A stretch of DNA of 64,000 nucleotides from Methanomicrobia archaeon (GTDB taxonomy: Archaea; Halobacteriota; Bog-38; Methanoflorentales; Methanoflorentaceae). The stretch lies in assembly GCA_015660915.1 (NCBI GenBank), contig JACTTZ010000006.1:16370-80369 (forward strand), written 5' to 3'. Made by a program: the position numbers and the translations under genes. How positions within the stretch are numbered: position 1 is the stretch's first letter; each line of letters starts with the position of its first letter. Below the pieces are notes generated by a model. It ran no database searches and was not told the origin of the DNA. It saw only the letters and a program-made list of their open reading frames with translations. Shown one piece after another: positions 1 through 10,614 of the stretch.

Positions 1-1844
1 AAGTTGAAGCTATACAGCCGATCTCTCTTGTAAAAATTGACGGATATGGCGATTTTCCAGCCGTTGAACTATGCGAACGGTATGGCGTGCGATCGCAACA
101 TGACGATAAGACGCTAAGCCGCATTACAAACCTACTCTATAGGGAAGAGTTCTATACTGGCGTTCTTAAGCAAACGGCGCAGCAATTTGAAGGCCGGCTT
201 GTACGCGACGTAAAGCAGGATATCGTTGAGTTTCTCAAGGGCCAAAATGCCGCATCAACGATTTACGAGACTTCAGCAAAAGGACTCTGTCGATGCGGCG
301 GTAGCGTGGTCGTCGCTATTGAGCCAGGCCAATACTTTCTCAACTATGGCGACCCTCAGTGGAAAGAAAAGGCATTTGAATTGTTAGACCAGCTTAAAAT
401 TGTGCCCGAGGCGTATCGGGCACAATTCGTTCAGACGTTTCAGTGGCTCGATCAACGGCCGTGCGTGAGGCGGAGAGGTCTCGGCACGCAATTTCCATTC
501 TCCAAAGAGCACTGGATCATTGAGCCACTCTCTGATTCCGTTATCTATATGGCGCTTTATACGGTCATCAAACACCTGCGCGAGTGCGACCCCGAGCGGC
601 TCACGCCCGCTTCTTTTGACTATATTTTTCTCGGCAAGGGCGATCCGACCAATGTAAGCCAGCAGACAGGTCTGTCACCGGCGGTGCTCAGGGCGGCGCG
701 AGACGAGTTCACGTATTGGTACCCCAACGATCACCGGCATACCGCCGTCGCCCACATATCCAATCACTTGAGCTTCTTCTTGTTCCATCACGCGATACTC
801 TTTCCTAAGACGTGTTGGCCGCGGCTCGTGACCCTTAATGAGCTTCTGATTCGTGAAGGGGTGAAGATGTCGAAGAGCAAGGGCAACGTAATCCCCATAG
901 CCACCGTTCCGGAGGTCTACAGCGCGGACCTCGTGAGGCTCAGTCTGGTTTCCATCGCTGATCTCAATTCAACTGTTGATTGGATGGAACAAGAAGTCGA
1001 GATGGTCAAAAAGAGGCTTCTGCGGTTTTGGTACTCAGCGAAGAGTGACGTCGAGGCTGGGCGGCCGGAGTATGACGAGGAGCTCTCTTTTGCGAGTAAA
1101 TGGATTCTGGCAGCGACCAACGCCATGGTGTCAAGAGCTTCTGAAGCGGCTCATCAATTCTCATATAGGAAGTACGTAACGGAAGCGTTTTTTGAGCAGT
1201 TAAATCGGGTCGAAGAGTACAAATCGATGATTTTAGACAATGACGAGCGGCGTCGCGTACTCTGGGACGTCACAGACGTATGGCTTCGGGTGCTGGCGCC
1301 GGTCGTTCCGCATATTGCTGAAGAATTGTGGGAGAGAATGCAAAACGTTGGCTACATCTCCTTGGCGGCATTCCCGCTCTATGATAACCTTCACGCTGAA
1401 ACACTTGCGCAAAAGCGCTTCCTCGACGGCGTTATTGGCGACATCTCAAACATTCAAGCCGCTATAAGACGGGAAACCGAGTCAGTTTTTATCTATCTTG
1501 CAGCCGCGTGGAAGTACCAACTCTACGCAGTAGCAGAGGGGCTTGACGACCTCTCTATTAAAAAAATTATGGCTCGAGCCAAGGAAAACCCAGATCTGCG
1601 AACGCGTTTGAAAGAAATAGCTCAGATCGCGCCCGGTCTCGCAAAATCGTTCGCTCACGAACCCGCCTCTGACAGCACGCTGGGTTTTGAGGCTGAATCG
1701 GAAACTCTGCGTGCCGCTAAGGAGTACTTGACTCGAAAATTTCGGAAACGTGTGTACATATGCGTAGAAAACTCCGAGACGTACGATCCTGCGAATCGTG
1801 CGAGGCGAGCGCTTCCGGCGAAACCGGCAATCTACGTCGAATAG
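1..1844 (+). CDS. leuS: Leucyl-tRNA synthetase, archaeal type (5' truncated by window edge)
   Basis: KMSKS motif (GVKMSKSKGN), IEPLSDSVIYMA, PHIAEELW, C-terminal ALPAKPAIYVE. The frame stays open back to position 3. Confidence 0.93.
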   Translation, partial: VEAIQPISLVKIDGYGDFPAVELCERYGVRSQHDDKTLSRITNLLYREEFYTGVLKQTAQQFEGRLVRDVKQDIVEFLKGQNAASTIYETSAKGLCRCGGSVVVAIEPGQYFLNYGDPQWKEKAFELLDQLKIVPEAYRAQFVQTFQWLDQRPCVRRRGLGTQFPFSKEHWIIEPLSDSVIYMALYTVIKHLRECDPERLTPASFDYIFLGKGDPTNVSQQTGLSPAVLRAARDEFTYWYPNDHRHTAVAHISNHLSFFLFHHAILFPKTCWPRLVTLNELLIREGVKMSKSKGNVIPIATVPEVYSADLVRLSLVSIADLNSTVDWMEQEVEMVKKRLLRFWYSAKSDVEAGRPEYDEELSFASKWILAATNAMVSRASEAAHQFSYRKYVTEAFFEQLNRVEEYKSMILDNDERRRVLWDVTDVWLRVLAPVVPHIAEELWERMQNVGYISLAAFPLYDNLHAETLAQKRFLDGVIGDISNIQAAIRRETESVFIYLAAAWKYQLYAVAEGLDDLSIKKIMARAKENPDLRTRLKEIAQIAPGLAKSFAHEPASDSTLGFEAESETLRAAKEYLTRKFRKRVYICVENSETYDPANRARRALPAKPAIYVE

Positions 1845-1866
1845 GACGGATGAAGAGACGGATAAA

Positions 1867-2196
1867 TCAGGCGTCTTCGGTGCGTTTTACCGCTTCTTGA
1901 GCTTTTTTGGCCCGCTGTTTTGCCGTGTATCCGGTTGCTTTTTCCAGAAAGCAGCGGAACCGCGCATTCGTATTGATCATCAACGCGTCAGAAACGTCTT
2001 TCCTGGATTCAGTTTCGACGATTAACGTGTCACTCACGCGTATCGTCAGCTTTCGTAGTGCCCCGTAGCTTAAAACGTATTCTTCGTCGCTTACGTTGAT
2101 GTCTGCCCCAAAGCACGCTTTGAGCGCTTCTACAATGCGCTCGTGGGCCCCCTTTTTGAATCCTCGTTTGAACGGAAATTCTTGGATTGTAATCAC
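1867..2196 (-). CDS. Conserved archaeal protein (DUF5611-like)
   Basis: IQEFPFKRG...FLEKATGYTAKQRAKKA pattern; 109-aa ORF. Confidence 0.65.
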   Translation of the reverse strand: MITIQEFPFKRGFKKGAHERIVEALKACFGADINVSDEEYVLSYGALRKLTIRVSDTLIVETESRKDVSDALMINTNARFRCFLEKATGYTAKQRAKKAQEAVKRTEDA

Positions 2197-2376
2197 GACC
2201 TAAATGATGATACTCGTAAGGGTCCTTTAAAAGCGTATTGTTTATATGCCTCCCGGATCGCAGCCGGATGGTGGCACTCAGCGATCAAGAGACGGGCTGT
2301 GGAACGGTTCGACAAAGTATTTAGTTGGTAAGGGGTTATTGTTCAGGGAGTGAGCAACTGTGGACGCTGATACATT

Positions 2377-3126
2377 ATGAAAGCCGGAACGACTGATAGC
2401 GAATACGTGAACATAATTGTTGAAGAAGGGGTGAGCTCAAAAAACCCTGTCATCCTCGAAGGATTCCCTGGGATCGGACTCGTCGGTAATATTGTGGCTA
2501 CACAAATAGCATCGGAGCTCAAGATGAAGCACATAGGAACCATCGAATCTCGCCTGTTTCCGCCGATTACGGTGCTCTTTGATGGACTCGCGTACGCCCC
2601 TGTTAGAATCTATGAAGACCCTCAAAATAACTTCATCGTTGTATTATCAGATATTCTCATTCACCCGATGATTGCTTACGATATCGGGAAAACGGTTGTT
2701 AACTGGGCGCAGAGCCTGAACGCAAGGCTCAACATACCCATTGCTGGCATCGCTACGATGCGCGAGCAACGCACCGTCTATGCTGCAGCAACTGGTGCCG
2801 AGCAACTAAATCTCGTGAAAGATAAAGCTGAGACTTTGGTTACCGGAAGTATCTCAGGTATTGCGGGCAGCATCATGAATGAGAGCCACATAAGTAAGCT
2901 ACCGGCACTTTGTCTCTTGGGCGAAACCCAGGGCCCTACCCCTGATCCCCGCGCAGCGGCTCGTGTAATCGACGTGGTAAGCGACGTATTGCAGGTGGCT
3001 ATCAGCACACAGAAGCTAATTGAGGAAGCGGACCAGATCGAAACAGAGCTACACAAGCTTGCAGAACAGGTCCAAGGGGCGGAACTCGTCGAAACAAAAG
3101 GGCCAACTCAGGTCATGTACGGGTGA
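2377..3126 (+). CDS. PAC2-family proteasome assembly chaperone
   Basis: EGFPGIGLVGNI and PDPRAAA motifs. Confidence 0.88.
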   Translation: MKAGTTDSEYVNIIVEEGVSSKNPVILEGFPGIGLVGNIVATQIASELKMKHIGTIESRLFPPITVLFDGLAYAPVRIYEDPQNNFIVVLSDILIHPMIAYDIGKTVVNWAQSLNARLNIPIAGIATMREQRTVYAAATGAEQLNLVKDKAETLVTGSISGIAGSIMNESHISKLPALCLLGETQGPTPDPRAAARVIDVVSDVLQVAISTQKLIEEADQIETELHKLAEQVQGAELVETKGPTQVMYG

Positions 3127-3130
3127 GCAC

Positions 3131-3523
3131 ATGAGACATCTAGCTTTGACCGGAATTTCAAAAGAATCAATCGACGACCTTGTCACAAAGCGCGTTAGAA
3201 CTTTTGAGTTGCGAAGCGCCCACAACATCCCCATTGTTTTTGAAGCTCACGTCGGTGACGAATTGTTTGTGACAGACACGAGTCGTCACGATCTTGCGAT
3301 CGGCACGACTGGTATATTGGCCCGCGTACGCGATAAAACCATTTCAATGCACAAAGTCTCACACCGCATTGGCGACTTCTATGAAGAACGCGAACTCATG
3401 TCAGCCCGCGTTCAGCTTGAGCTGCGCGAGCACACGTGTCGGCTGCGAGCTGTTGAGGACGAAGGTCCAGGGAAGCTCTTAGCAGTGGAGACCGCTGAAG
3501 TATGCCACTATGAAGGTCGGTGA
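3131..3523 (+). CDS. DUF473-family archaeal protein
   Basis: ALTGIS...RTFELRSAHNI motif; ATG at 3131 follows a GGTGA RBS. Confidence 0.75.
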   Translation: MRHLALTGISKESIDDLVTKRVRTFELRSAHNIPIVFEAHVGDELFVTDTSRHDLAIGTTGILARVRDKTISMHKVSHRIGDFYEERELMSARVQLELREHTCRLRAVEDEGPGKLLAVETAEVCHYEGR

Positions 3524-3752
3524 AGTGATCTGGACCTAAACTGAAACAGTTCCAGGCAAGCTGAGACGCAGCGAAACGCTTTGTGATGCTTAGGGGCAAG
3601 GGCATGAGCGTCGAGATCGTGCGTACCAGTGCTTGTGGCATCACTGCTATAGGACGTTTAAACGGCGGGAGCTGCTAAAAATGCGACCGCGTTGCTTAAT
3701 CGCCATTGTTTTAAGACACTATAAGTATGAGTTGCTAGCATGTGGAATAACG

Positions 3753-3827
3753 GGGCCCGTGGCTTAGTCAGGATATAGCACCGGCCTTCTAAGCCGGTGG
3801 TCGAGGGTTCAAATCCCCCCGGGTCCG
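3753..3827 (+). tRNA. tRNA-Arg(TCT)
   Basis: Acceptor stem GGGCCCG/CGGGTCC, anticodon arm CCGGC-CTTCTAA-GCCGG, T loop GTTCAAATC; CCA not encoded. Confidence 0.95.
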
Positions 3828-4107
3828 CTTTTTCCTCTGCCGCAGCATCAAAAACGCGTCACGAAATAGTGCCCCCGCAGGTCACTGCAATTCTAAACAC
3901 GAGCTTGCGAACCCATTGCAGCACGAATGCGATAGTTCATCGTTCTAGCGTTTTCTGGTCTCAGGTGTCGCCTTCGCGCTCGTCAGCGGCTGGGAGGGCG
4001 ATCTCATTTCAGGAGCGAACAACCGCAAAGACTAAGCTCCAAGTCGATGAACGCCCGCTATAGCTATGGTGCGTGCGCAGTAAGCGTCGCGCTAATAGGG
4101 GGTAGTT

Positions 4108-5448
4108 ATGATCTTCAGTGCTGATGAAATACTCGAGACGCTCAACATGATCCTTTATGAGCATCTCGACATACGGACGGTCACCGTAGGTGTGAACTTA
4201 ATGGGCTGCGTGCGAGACGACCCCGAACGAATGGCCCAGGCTGTGCACGATAAGATTGTATCAACAGCTAGCGATCTGTGCTCAGAAGCCGATCGCGCTG
4301 AAGCACGGTATTCTTTGCCCATTGTGAACAAGCGCATCTCGGTAACTCCTATTGGCTCTTTCCTCGACGTCCACCCGCAAGCTGGTCCGCTGATTGCACT
4401 TGCGATGGACCAAGCTGCGAGTGAATTAGGCGTTGACTTTATCGGTGGCTACTCAGCTTTAGTCCAAAAGGGCTTTACCGTTGGGACTGAGGCACTTGTT
4501 GATTCGATCCCGCAGGCGCTGCACACGACCGAAAAGGTTTGTGCTTCTGTAAACATCGCTACCACCAACGCAGGTATCAACATCGACGCCGCGTTTCGAA
4601 TGGGTAGGATTATCAAGGAGCTGGCCCGTATCGATCCGACGCTCTGCACGCGTCTGGTTACGTTTGCAAACGCGCCACCGGACAATCCTTTTATGGCAGG
4701 CGCCTTTCACGGCCCAGGCGAACCCGAATCGGTCCTGAACGTGGGCATATCGGGTCCTGGCGTCATAAGAGCGGTAGTCGAGAAAATGGGAGATTGTAAC
4801 CTCACTGAGCTTGCCGAAGTCGTCAAACGGGCCGCGTTCAAGATCACGCGAGTTGGTGAACTAGTCGGAAAGGAGATAGCATCGCGAATAGATGTGGATT
4901 TTGGCATAGTTGACCTCTCGTTAGCGCCCACCCCTCAGAAGGGGGATTCAGTGGCACAGATCATCGAAGCAATGGGTGTTGAGCGTTGCGGAGCCCCTGG
5001 AACGACTGCCGCACTTGCTATGCTCATCGATGCTGTTAAGAAGGGAGGCGCGATGGCATCATCGCGGGTAGGGGGCCTTAGCGGGGCATTTATACCGGTT
5101 AGCGAAGATGCTGGCATGGCCGAGGCACTTAAAATTGGTGCTATCGGGCTGGAAAAACTCGAGGCAATGACCTCTGTGTGTTCGGTAGGCCTCGACATGG
5201 TGTGCATTCCTTTTGCTACTTCTGCAGAGTCGATTGCGGGAATTATTGCTGACGAGTGCGCGATTGGGGTCATCAACAACAAAACTACAGGCGTGCGGCT
5301 GATTCCCATCGGAAACGAAGGTGACTGGATTGAGTTCGGCGGACTGCTCGGGGCGGCGCCCGTGGTGCCGCTGAAGCCTTTCAGCTCGAAAAAGTTCATC
5401 GAGAGGGGTGGTTCGATTCCGGCGCCTCTCACGAGCCTCACGAACTAA
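4108..5448 (+). CDS. PFL-family protein (DUF711/UPF0210)
   Basis: LDIRTVT, NKRISVTP, DNPFMAGAFHG, LEAMTSVCSVGLDM. Confidence 0.9.
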   Translation: MIFSADEILETLNMILYEHLDIRTVTVGVNLMGCVRDDPERMAQAVHDKIVSTASDLCSEADRAEARYSLPIVNKRISVTPIGSFLDVHPQAGPLIALAMDQAASELGVDFIGGYSALVQKGFTVGTEALVDSIPQALHTTEKVCASVNIATTNAGINIDAAFRMGRIIKELARIDPTLCTRLVTFANAPPDNPFMAGAFHGPGEPESVLNVGISGPGVIRAVVEKMGDCNLTELAEVVKRAAFKITRVGELVGKEIASRIDVDFGIVDLSLAPTPQKGDSVAQIIEAMGVERCGAPGTTAALAMLIDAVKKGGAMASSRVGGLSGAFIPVSEDAGMAEALKIGAIGLEKLEAMTSVCSVGLDMVCIPFATSAESIAGIIADECAIGVINNKTTGVRLIPIGNEGDWIEFGGLLGAAPVVPLKPFSSKKFIERGGSIPAPLTSLTN

Positions 5449-5527
5449 CACAAATAGTGTATTCTTTCCGCCAGCCCTTTGTAGTGATAGCTGCTTGCGG
5501 CGCCTGTTCGGTCACTAATCCGTTTAA

Positions 5528-5615
5528 CGGGCCCGCTGGGATTTGAACCCAGGTCCTTGGATTTCTCCGCTAAAGCTCCGAAGTCCAAGAGGATAGTCCA
5601 CTACCCTACGAGCCC
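5528..5615 (-). tRNA. tRNA-Arg(TCG) with a 15-nt intron (5563-5577) at the canonical 37/38 position
   Basis: GGGCTCG/CGGGCCC acceptor stem; bulge-helix-bulge formed by CTTC/GGAG helix with GGA and AAA bulges; spliced loop CTTCGGA. Confidence 0.92.
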
Positions 5616-5747
5616 CAGTTAGCCAAAGGAGTTTATTAGTATTGAAAGTAACTCGGAAAAATACAAATAAGGTGCGTTTCTTAACAGTTTACCGCATCTG
5701 AGCTTCTGACAGCCAAAACAAGCGCGTAAGTGTGCTGCGACCTTTTT

Positions 5748-6725
5748 ATGACGAACATCGAGACGCAGAGAAAGCTAGTCGAAATACTACGAATCCTCGA
5801 CGAGAGCGACGAGGCGATCGGCGCACGGATGATCGCCGCAAGCTTAGGTCAGCGAGGATATCCTATAGGAGAACGCGCCGTACGCCACTATCTGGTGCTG
5901 CTCGATTACAAAGGCTTTACGATCAAAATCGGGAACGCTGGAAGAATCATCACCGAAAAAGGCCTTAAGGAGCTAAATGAAGCAATAGTGGGCGATCGCG
6001 TCGGATTCGTCATAACCAGGATCGACGAGCTCGTTTACAAGACGAGTTTTGACCTTAAGCAGAGAAACGGTGATATTATAATCAATGTCGCGACCATCGA
6101 CAAGAATGACTTCGATGTCGCAATAGAAGCAGCAGCCGAGACCGTCGACAGCGGATACACCGTCAGCCCGTACGTGCGCTTTCTGGAGGAGGGAGACAAG
6201 ATCGGTGCTGTATTCGTCCCTTACGGATCAGCGGGACTCGTGACCATGTGCAGCATGACGGTCGATGGCATACTGATCAAGCACGGGATCCCGTCTAGCA
6301 TCAAGTATGGCGGGCTGCTCGAGATCCAGAACAGGCAGCCAGTCTGCTACACCGACCTCATCTCATACCAGGGAACTTCGCTCGATCCGATTCAAATATT
6401 CACTGCGCGACAGATGACCTCTATTTTGACTGCAGCACGGAGCGGGGAAGGCAAGGTACTCGCAAATGTCAGAACCGTGCCCGCCGTCGCCGCTGAAAAA
6501 TCCATTGAACTGCTGCGCGACGCTAAGAAAGCAGGCATTGTCGGCTGGATCGAAACCCCCATTCAAGAAAGCTCGCCCGGAATCTGCGCAGAAAGTGACG
6601 TTGTCGAGATTAACAACTACGCCGGAGCAAATCCAATGGCAGCTCTCTACGAGTTGGGAATATCCGTGAAGGTACATTCAATCTCAGCGCTTATGGACGT
6701 GAAACTCCTTAATCAACGGCTGTAA
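5748..6725 (+). CDS. nrpR: NrpR nitrogen regulator (wHTH + one DUF128/NRD domain)
   Basis: EILRIL...IGARMIA...ERAVRHYL wHTH, TMCSMTVDGIL, YQGTSLDPI; directly upstream of glnA. Confidence 0.88.
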   Translation: MTNIETQRKLVEILRILDESDEAIGARMIAASLGQRGYPIGERAVRHYLVLLDYKGFTIKIGNAGRIITEKGLKELNEAIVGDRVGFVITRIDELVYKTSFDLKQRNGDIIINVATIDKNDFDVAIEAAAETVDSGYTVSPYVRFLEEGDKIGAVFVPYGSAGLVTMCSMTVDGILIKHGIPSSIKYGGLLEIQNRQPVCYTDLISYQGTSLDPIQIFTARQMTSILTAARSGEGKVLANVRTVPAVAAEKSIELLRDAKKAGIVGWIETPIQESSPGICAESDVVEINNYAGANPMAALYELGISVKVHSISALMDVKLLNQRL

Positions 6726-6805
6726 CGGCCGGCGACGTCGCCACGCGGTCGACGGTGCGGTATCGTGCCGCGATCCGCCCTGTCCGGCGAATTAGTGGCA
6801 CGTTG

Positions 6806-6819
6806 GAAATACTTATATT
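6806..6819 (+). promoter_or_regulatory. Putative BRE/TATA box of glnA
   Basis: GAAATACTTATATT about 65 bp upstream of the ATG at 6881. Confidence 0.6.
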
Positions 6820-6836
6820 GAATGACCGCCAAACGC

Positions 6837-6850
6837 GGAATGCATTTTCC
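6837..6850. promoter_or_regulatory. NrpR operator GGAA-N6-TTCC
   Basis: GGAA TGCATT TTCC matches the established NrpR consensus and lies near the expected glnA transcription start. Confidence 0.85.
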
Positions 6851-6880
6851 TACTACGAAATCATCAACAGGAGATCTTCC

Positions 6881-8212
6881 ATGGTAGAAGCGAAGGATAA
6901 AGATTACGTCTTAGCCCAAGTTGCAGAAAATGGCATCAAATTCATTCGACTCTGGTTTACAGACATCCTTGGGACTCTGAAAAGCTTTGCGATCACAGAC
7001 GACGAGCTCGAAGGGGCTCTCAATGAAGGAATGGGTTTCGATGGCTCCTCAATCGCCGGGTATCAAACGATAGAGGAATCCGATATGATTGCGAAACCGG
7101 ATCCGAGTACCTTTGCGATATTGCCTTGGCGGCCGAAGGAAAAGGGCGTTGCACGAGTCATATGCGACGTGCTCGAACCGTCTGGGAGGCCCTACGAGGG
7201 GGATCCCCGGTACGTCCTTAAAAGAAATCTGCAGCGAGCAGAGAAGAAAGGCCTCACGTTCTACATAGGGCCAGAACTTGAGTATTTCTATTTTGCGAAC
7301 AGCCAATGCGCTGATATTATTGACACCGGCGGGTACTTCGATCTCACCCCACTGGATCAGGCGACTGATCTTCGGCGCGACACGATATTTGCGCTCCAAG
7401 ACATGGGCATTCGCGTCGAATATAGCCACCACGAAGTTGGCCCTAGCCAGCACGAGATTGATCTCCGATACACTGACGCTTTGACGATGTCCGACAGCGT
7501 TATGACGCACCGCCTTGTGGTGAAGGAGATAGCGCTGCGCGCAGGCTATTACGCCACTTTCATGCCCAAGCCTATTATCGGAGAGAACGGAAGCGGGATG
7601 CATACGCACCAATCGCTGTTTAGAGGAAAGAATAACGCATTTTTCGACGCCAATGACGAGTACCATCTGTCGGAAATGGGTAAAGGATTCATTGCTGGGC
7701 AGTTAAAGCACGTCAACGAATTCTGCCTCGTCATGAGTCAATGGGTGAACTCATACAAGCGGCTGGTTCCCGGCTTTGAAGCGCCCGTTTACATTTCGTG
7801 GGCACGACGAAACAGATCGACGCTCATACGAGTTCCGATGTACAAGCCGGGGAACGAGCTCGCAACGAGAGTGGAACTGCGCTGTCCGGATCCGGCCTGT
7901 AATCCTTATCTCACCTTCGCCGTGATGCTGGCAAGCGGGTTGGACGGAATCGAAAAGGGCTACGAACTGCCTGAACCGGTTGAGAAGGATATCTACAAAA
8001 TGACGCCTCAACAGCTTGCGGCACACGGAATTGGCTCACTCCCCGAAAACTTGGGACTTGCCATAACGGAGACTGAGAATTCTGAACTCGTGCGCCGCAC
8101 ACTCGGCAATCACGTATTTGATCGCTTCATTCAACTTAAAAAGCAAGAGTGGGACGATTATCGGATACAAGTTTCGGAGTACGAGCTTCAACGGTACCTG
8201 CCAATTCTCTAA
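6881..8212 (+). CDS. glnA: Glutamine synthetase type I
   Basis: GFDGSSI, IGPELEYF, HHEVGPSQHEI, FMPKP, NGSGMHTHQSL, SYKRLVPG; ATG follows an AGGAG RBS. Confidence 0.96.
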   Translation: MVEAKDKDYVLAQVAENGIKFIRLWFTDILGTLKSFAITDDELEGALNEGMGFDGSSIAGYQTIEESDMIAKPDPSTFAILPWRPKEKGVARVICDVLEPSGRPYEGDPRYVLKRNLQRAEKKGLTFYIGPELEYFYFANSQCADIIDTGGYFDLTPLDQATDLRRDTIFALQDMGIRVEYSHHEVGPSQHEIDLRYTDALTMSDSVMTHRLVVKEIALRAGYYATFMPKPIIGENGSGMHTHQSLFRGKNNAFFDANDEYHLSEMGKGFIAGQLKHVNEFCLVMSQWVNSYKRLVPGFEAPVYISWARRNRSTLIRVPMYKPGNELATRVELRCPDPACNPYLTFAVMLASGLDGIEKGYELPEPVEKDIYKMTPQQLAAHGIGSLPENLGLAITETENSELVRRTLGNHVFDRFIQLKKQEWDDYRIQVSEYELQRYLPIL

Positions 8213-8266
8213 CGAGGTTCCGGGAAAGATAAGGTTACCACCCGGATCCGTCTTTCTTTGTACTCT

Positions 8267-8953
8267 CTATCGCACGAGATCGATCGGAACTATCTCTTCG
8301 TGAATTGCCGTCGACAGAACGACGCCTGCAGCCCCGAGGTCTTCAAGCTTGTCCAGCTCTTCAGTGTTCTTTATTCCGCCAGCGACGACAATCGGATGCC
8401 CTGAGACATCGATGACTCTCTCGATAAAATCAAAGTCCACGCCCTGCTTCGTTCCTACCAAGTTGATATTCAGCACAAGAAGTTCGCGGATCTTGTAGAG
8501 ATTCATCCTTTCGACAACCTGAAGGGGGTTCCCGGAAAGTGCGGGATCGGGGGACATCACGCTTCCGTCCTTCACGTCTAGGCTTACTGCGACCCTCATC
8601 GACTGCGCTGCTCGAATTACATCGAGGCTTCCCGTTTCGGTGCCGATGATGGCAGTATCGCTAATTCGCTCAGCCTCTCGAACATCATCAAGCCGCCGAA
8701 TCCCGATGTCAATGAGTGTGCTTGTGAGTGTGCCGAGGCGCTTGATAATAAGTGAATTGTTGCCCGTGCCGAGGATCCTATCCAGATCCGCTATGTACGT
8801 CCTCCTCGGCTTGATGATATCAATCACGTCCAACGGATCTGACGTCTTGCAGATCTTGCTATGGCGTTCAATAGGTTCGTATCGCTCTCGGTCGCCTTTA
8901 TAGCCTTTTACGACAACCCCGCCTCGAATGTCCATCGCGAAGATAATCTCCAT
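8267..8953 (-). CDS. HisA/HisF-related TIM-barrel protein
   Basis: AMDIRGGVVVKG, YIADLDRI, VAGGIK. Confidence 0.8.
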   Translation of the reverse strand: MEIIFAMDIRGGVVVKGYKGDRERYEPIERHSKICKTSDPLDVIDIIKPRRTYIADLDRILGTGNNSLIIKRLGTLTSTLIDIGIRRLDDVREAERISDTAIIGTETGSLDVIRAAQSMRVAVSLDVKDGSVMSPDPALSGNPLQVVERMNLYKIRELLVLNINLVGTKQGVDFDFIERVIDVSGHPIVVAGGIKNTEELDKLEDLGAAGVVLSTAIHEEIVPIDLVR

Positions 8954-9099
8954 ATCCTCTCCTCATTAAGCATATCTCCGCAGGGGAAAAACGTATGGGT
9001 CTGGTTCGGCTTCGCAATAGGTGCACGGACTACGCGGCGGCGGCACGCATCGAAACGTCCGCATGTCGCCGAAAGCACCGCTTGCCCGAACAAACCGGG

Positions 9100-10014
9100 T
9101 CAGAGTCGGGCCAAAAGCTCCTGTTTCTTGGACGCGAACTCCTCGTCGGTGATGACTCCTTGCTCTTTAAGATCGGCCAGATCACCTAGCAATTTGCACG
9201 GGTCTGCGGCTTGCCCTTCTCCGCTCCGTCGTGCTTGGAATGCTTCGGTGAATCCAGCACCGATAATGGCAATTGGAATCGCAAAAGTGGCAATGCCCAA
9301 AAACATAGCAAAAACTGCCAAGAATTGCCCGAGCGGCGTCGTAGGCACCAGATCGCCGTAGCCAACGGTGGTTAGGGTCTGCGCTGCCCACCACCCGGCA
9401 GCAGGAATGCTTGAAAAATCACGCGGGTCTGAGGCGTGTTCAATAATGAACATTAAACTTGAAAACGTTATCAGCAAGATGAGGTCGATCGCTAGCGCAG
9501 TAACGAGTTCGTTTTTTTTCGCTTTCAGAATATCGGTGACGAACTTGAATACGCTAGAGTACGTGAGCAACTTGAGGATAATGAGCATTATCGCCGCGTT
9601 TATGAGTACGTCCTCTCCTGGAAAGAACGGCTTGGCATAAAAAGGCACAATGACAATCAGATTTACGAGCAGGGACGTTGTAAAAAGGCATTTGAGTCTG
9701 CCCTTGATCGGATCTCTAAACCGCGGATCTACCGTGCACGACCACACACGGAGCAGCAGTTCGATGGTAAAAACCACGATTGCAAAGGCAAACACTGCGT
9801 TAAAGAGCTCGTGATACCTTTGGTAGATGTCGCTGTAGCTGGCTAGTATAATGACACCAACGAGTATCCAGATCAATGCCATCAAAAAGAAGCGTACGCG
9901 CGTAGCTGTGGAAACATCGCGATGACGCGCTGCAACGGCGCGGGCCTCGCCTACAGGCGTAGGCTGGAAGATCGTATGTACACGGCGCTTCAGTTCGTCA
10001 TTCTGCTTGGACAT
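9100..10014 (-). CDS. Voltage-gated-type K+ channel / ion transporter with C-terminal SHOCT domain
   Basis: About 6 TM segments, TLTTVGYGD filter, C-terminal LKEQGVITDEEFASKKQELL. Confidence 0.85.
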   Translation of the reverse strand: MSKQNDELKRRVHTIFQPTPVGEARAVAARHRDVSTATRVRFFLMALIWILVGVIILASYSDIYQRYHELFNAVFAFAIVVFTIELLLRVWSCTVDPRFRDPIKGRLKCLFTTSLLVNLIVIVPFYAKPFFPGEDVLINAAIMLIILKLLTYSSVFKFVTDILKAKKNELVTALAIDLILLITFSSLMFIIEHASDPRDFSSIPAAGWWAAQTLTTVGYGDLVPTTPLGQFLAVFAMFLGIATFAIPIAIIGAGFTEAFQARRSGEGQAADPCKLLGDLADLKEQGVITDEEFASKKQELLARL

Positions 10015-10281
10015 GCCCGGCTTCGAGGTTCTGAATCGAAATAGTGCACCCAATAGTGAACGTCAATTTGCCTATAAATGCGTTGTGATCTTCCACGAGC
10101 GCTGTTCAGTGATTTGAAGTCGCGGGGCACGGCAACTTGTCGACACGTTCTACGTTCTAAGTTTTGTCAGCTGCTGGAAAAGTCAACCTTAAGGTTGGCA
10201 TTCATTGACGAAAAGGGCGTCCGAGGAGGTATTGCGGAGGTGAGAGCTGCAGGGGGGCCTCCTTGTTGATTCCGACTCTAG

Positions 10282-10536
10282 ACTCCGACATGGAAGAAGA
10301 TGTATCACTACTTTGAGTATCGAAATGCTGAGTTCTTGGAGCACTACCACAAACGGAGCAATGCCGAAACGACGTTCCATATGACAAAGAGCAAGTTTGG
10401 GCACGCGGCGAGAAGCAAGACCGAAGTGGTGCAGGTTAATGAGGTGTTGCTAAAAGTGTTTTATCACAACATCTGTGTGGTGATTCAACAGATGTGGGGG
10501 TTGGGGATAGAGCCGAATTTCTTCGGCTCGAGCTAA
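10282..10536 (+). pseudogene. C-terminal remnant of the SWIM-DDE transposase
   Basis: PTWKKMYHYF...YHKRSNAETTFHM..SKFG is nearly identical to the transposases at 44-45 kb and 52-53 kb; in-frame stop at 10279. Confidence 0.88.
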
Positions 10537-10614
10537 GGTAGGTTCTTGAACAATAACTTTTTGTATTTTCATTTGGCATTAATGCAGCGCTAAAACAATA
10601 GATAAAGCAGACAA

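Noticed and set aside
6755-6880. N-terminal extension of glnA in the ORF track
   Set aside because: Spans the promoter and operator; the RBS supports the ATG at 6881.
10060-10282. Left TIR and TSD of element A
   Set aside because: No GGCTTTGT or CCTGATTGA found; only a degenerate TGCTGGAAAAGT, so no boundary is called.
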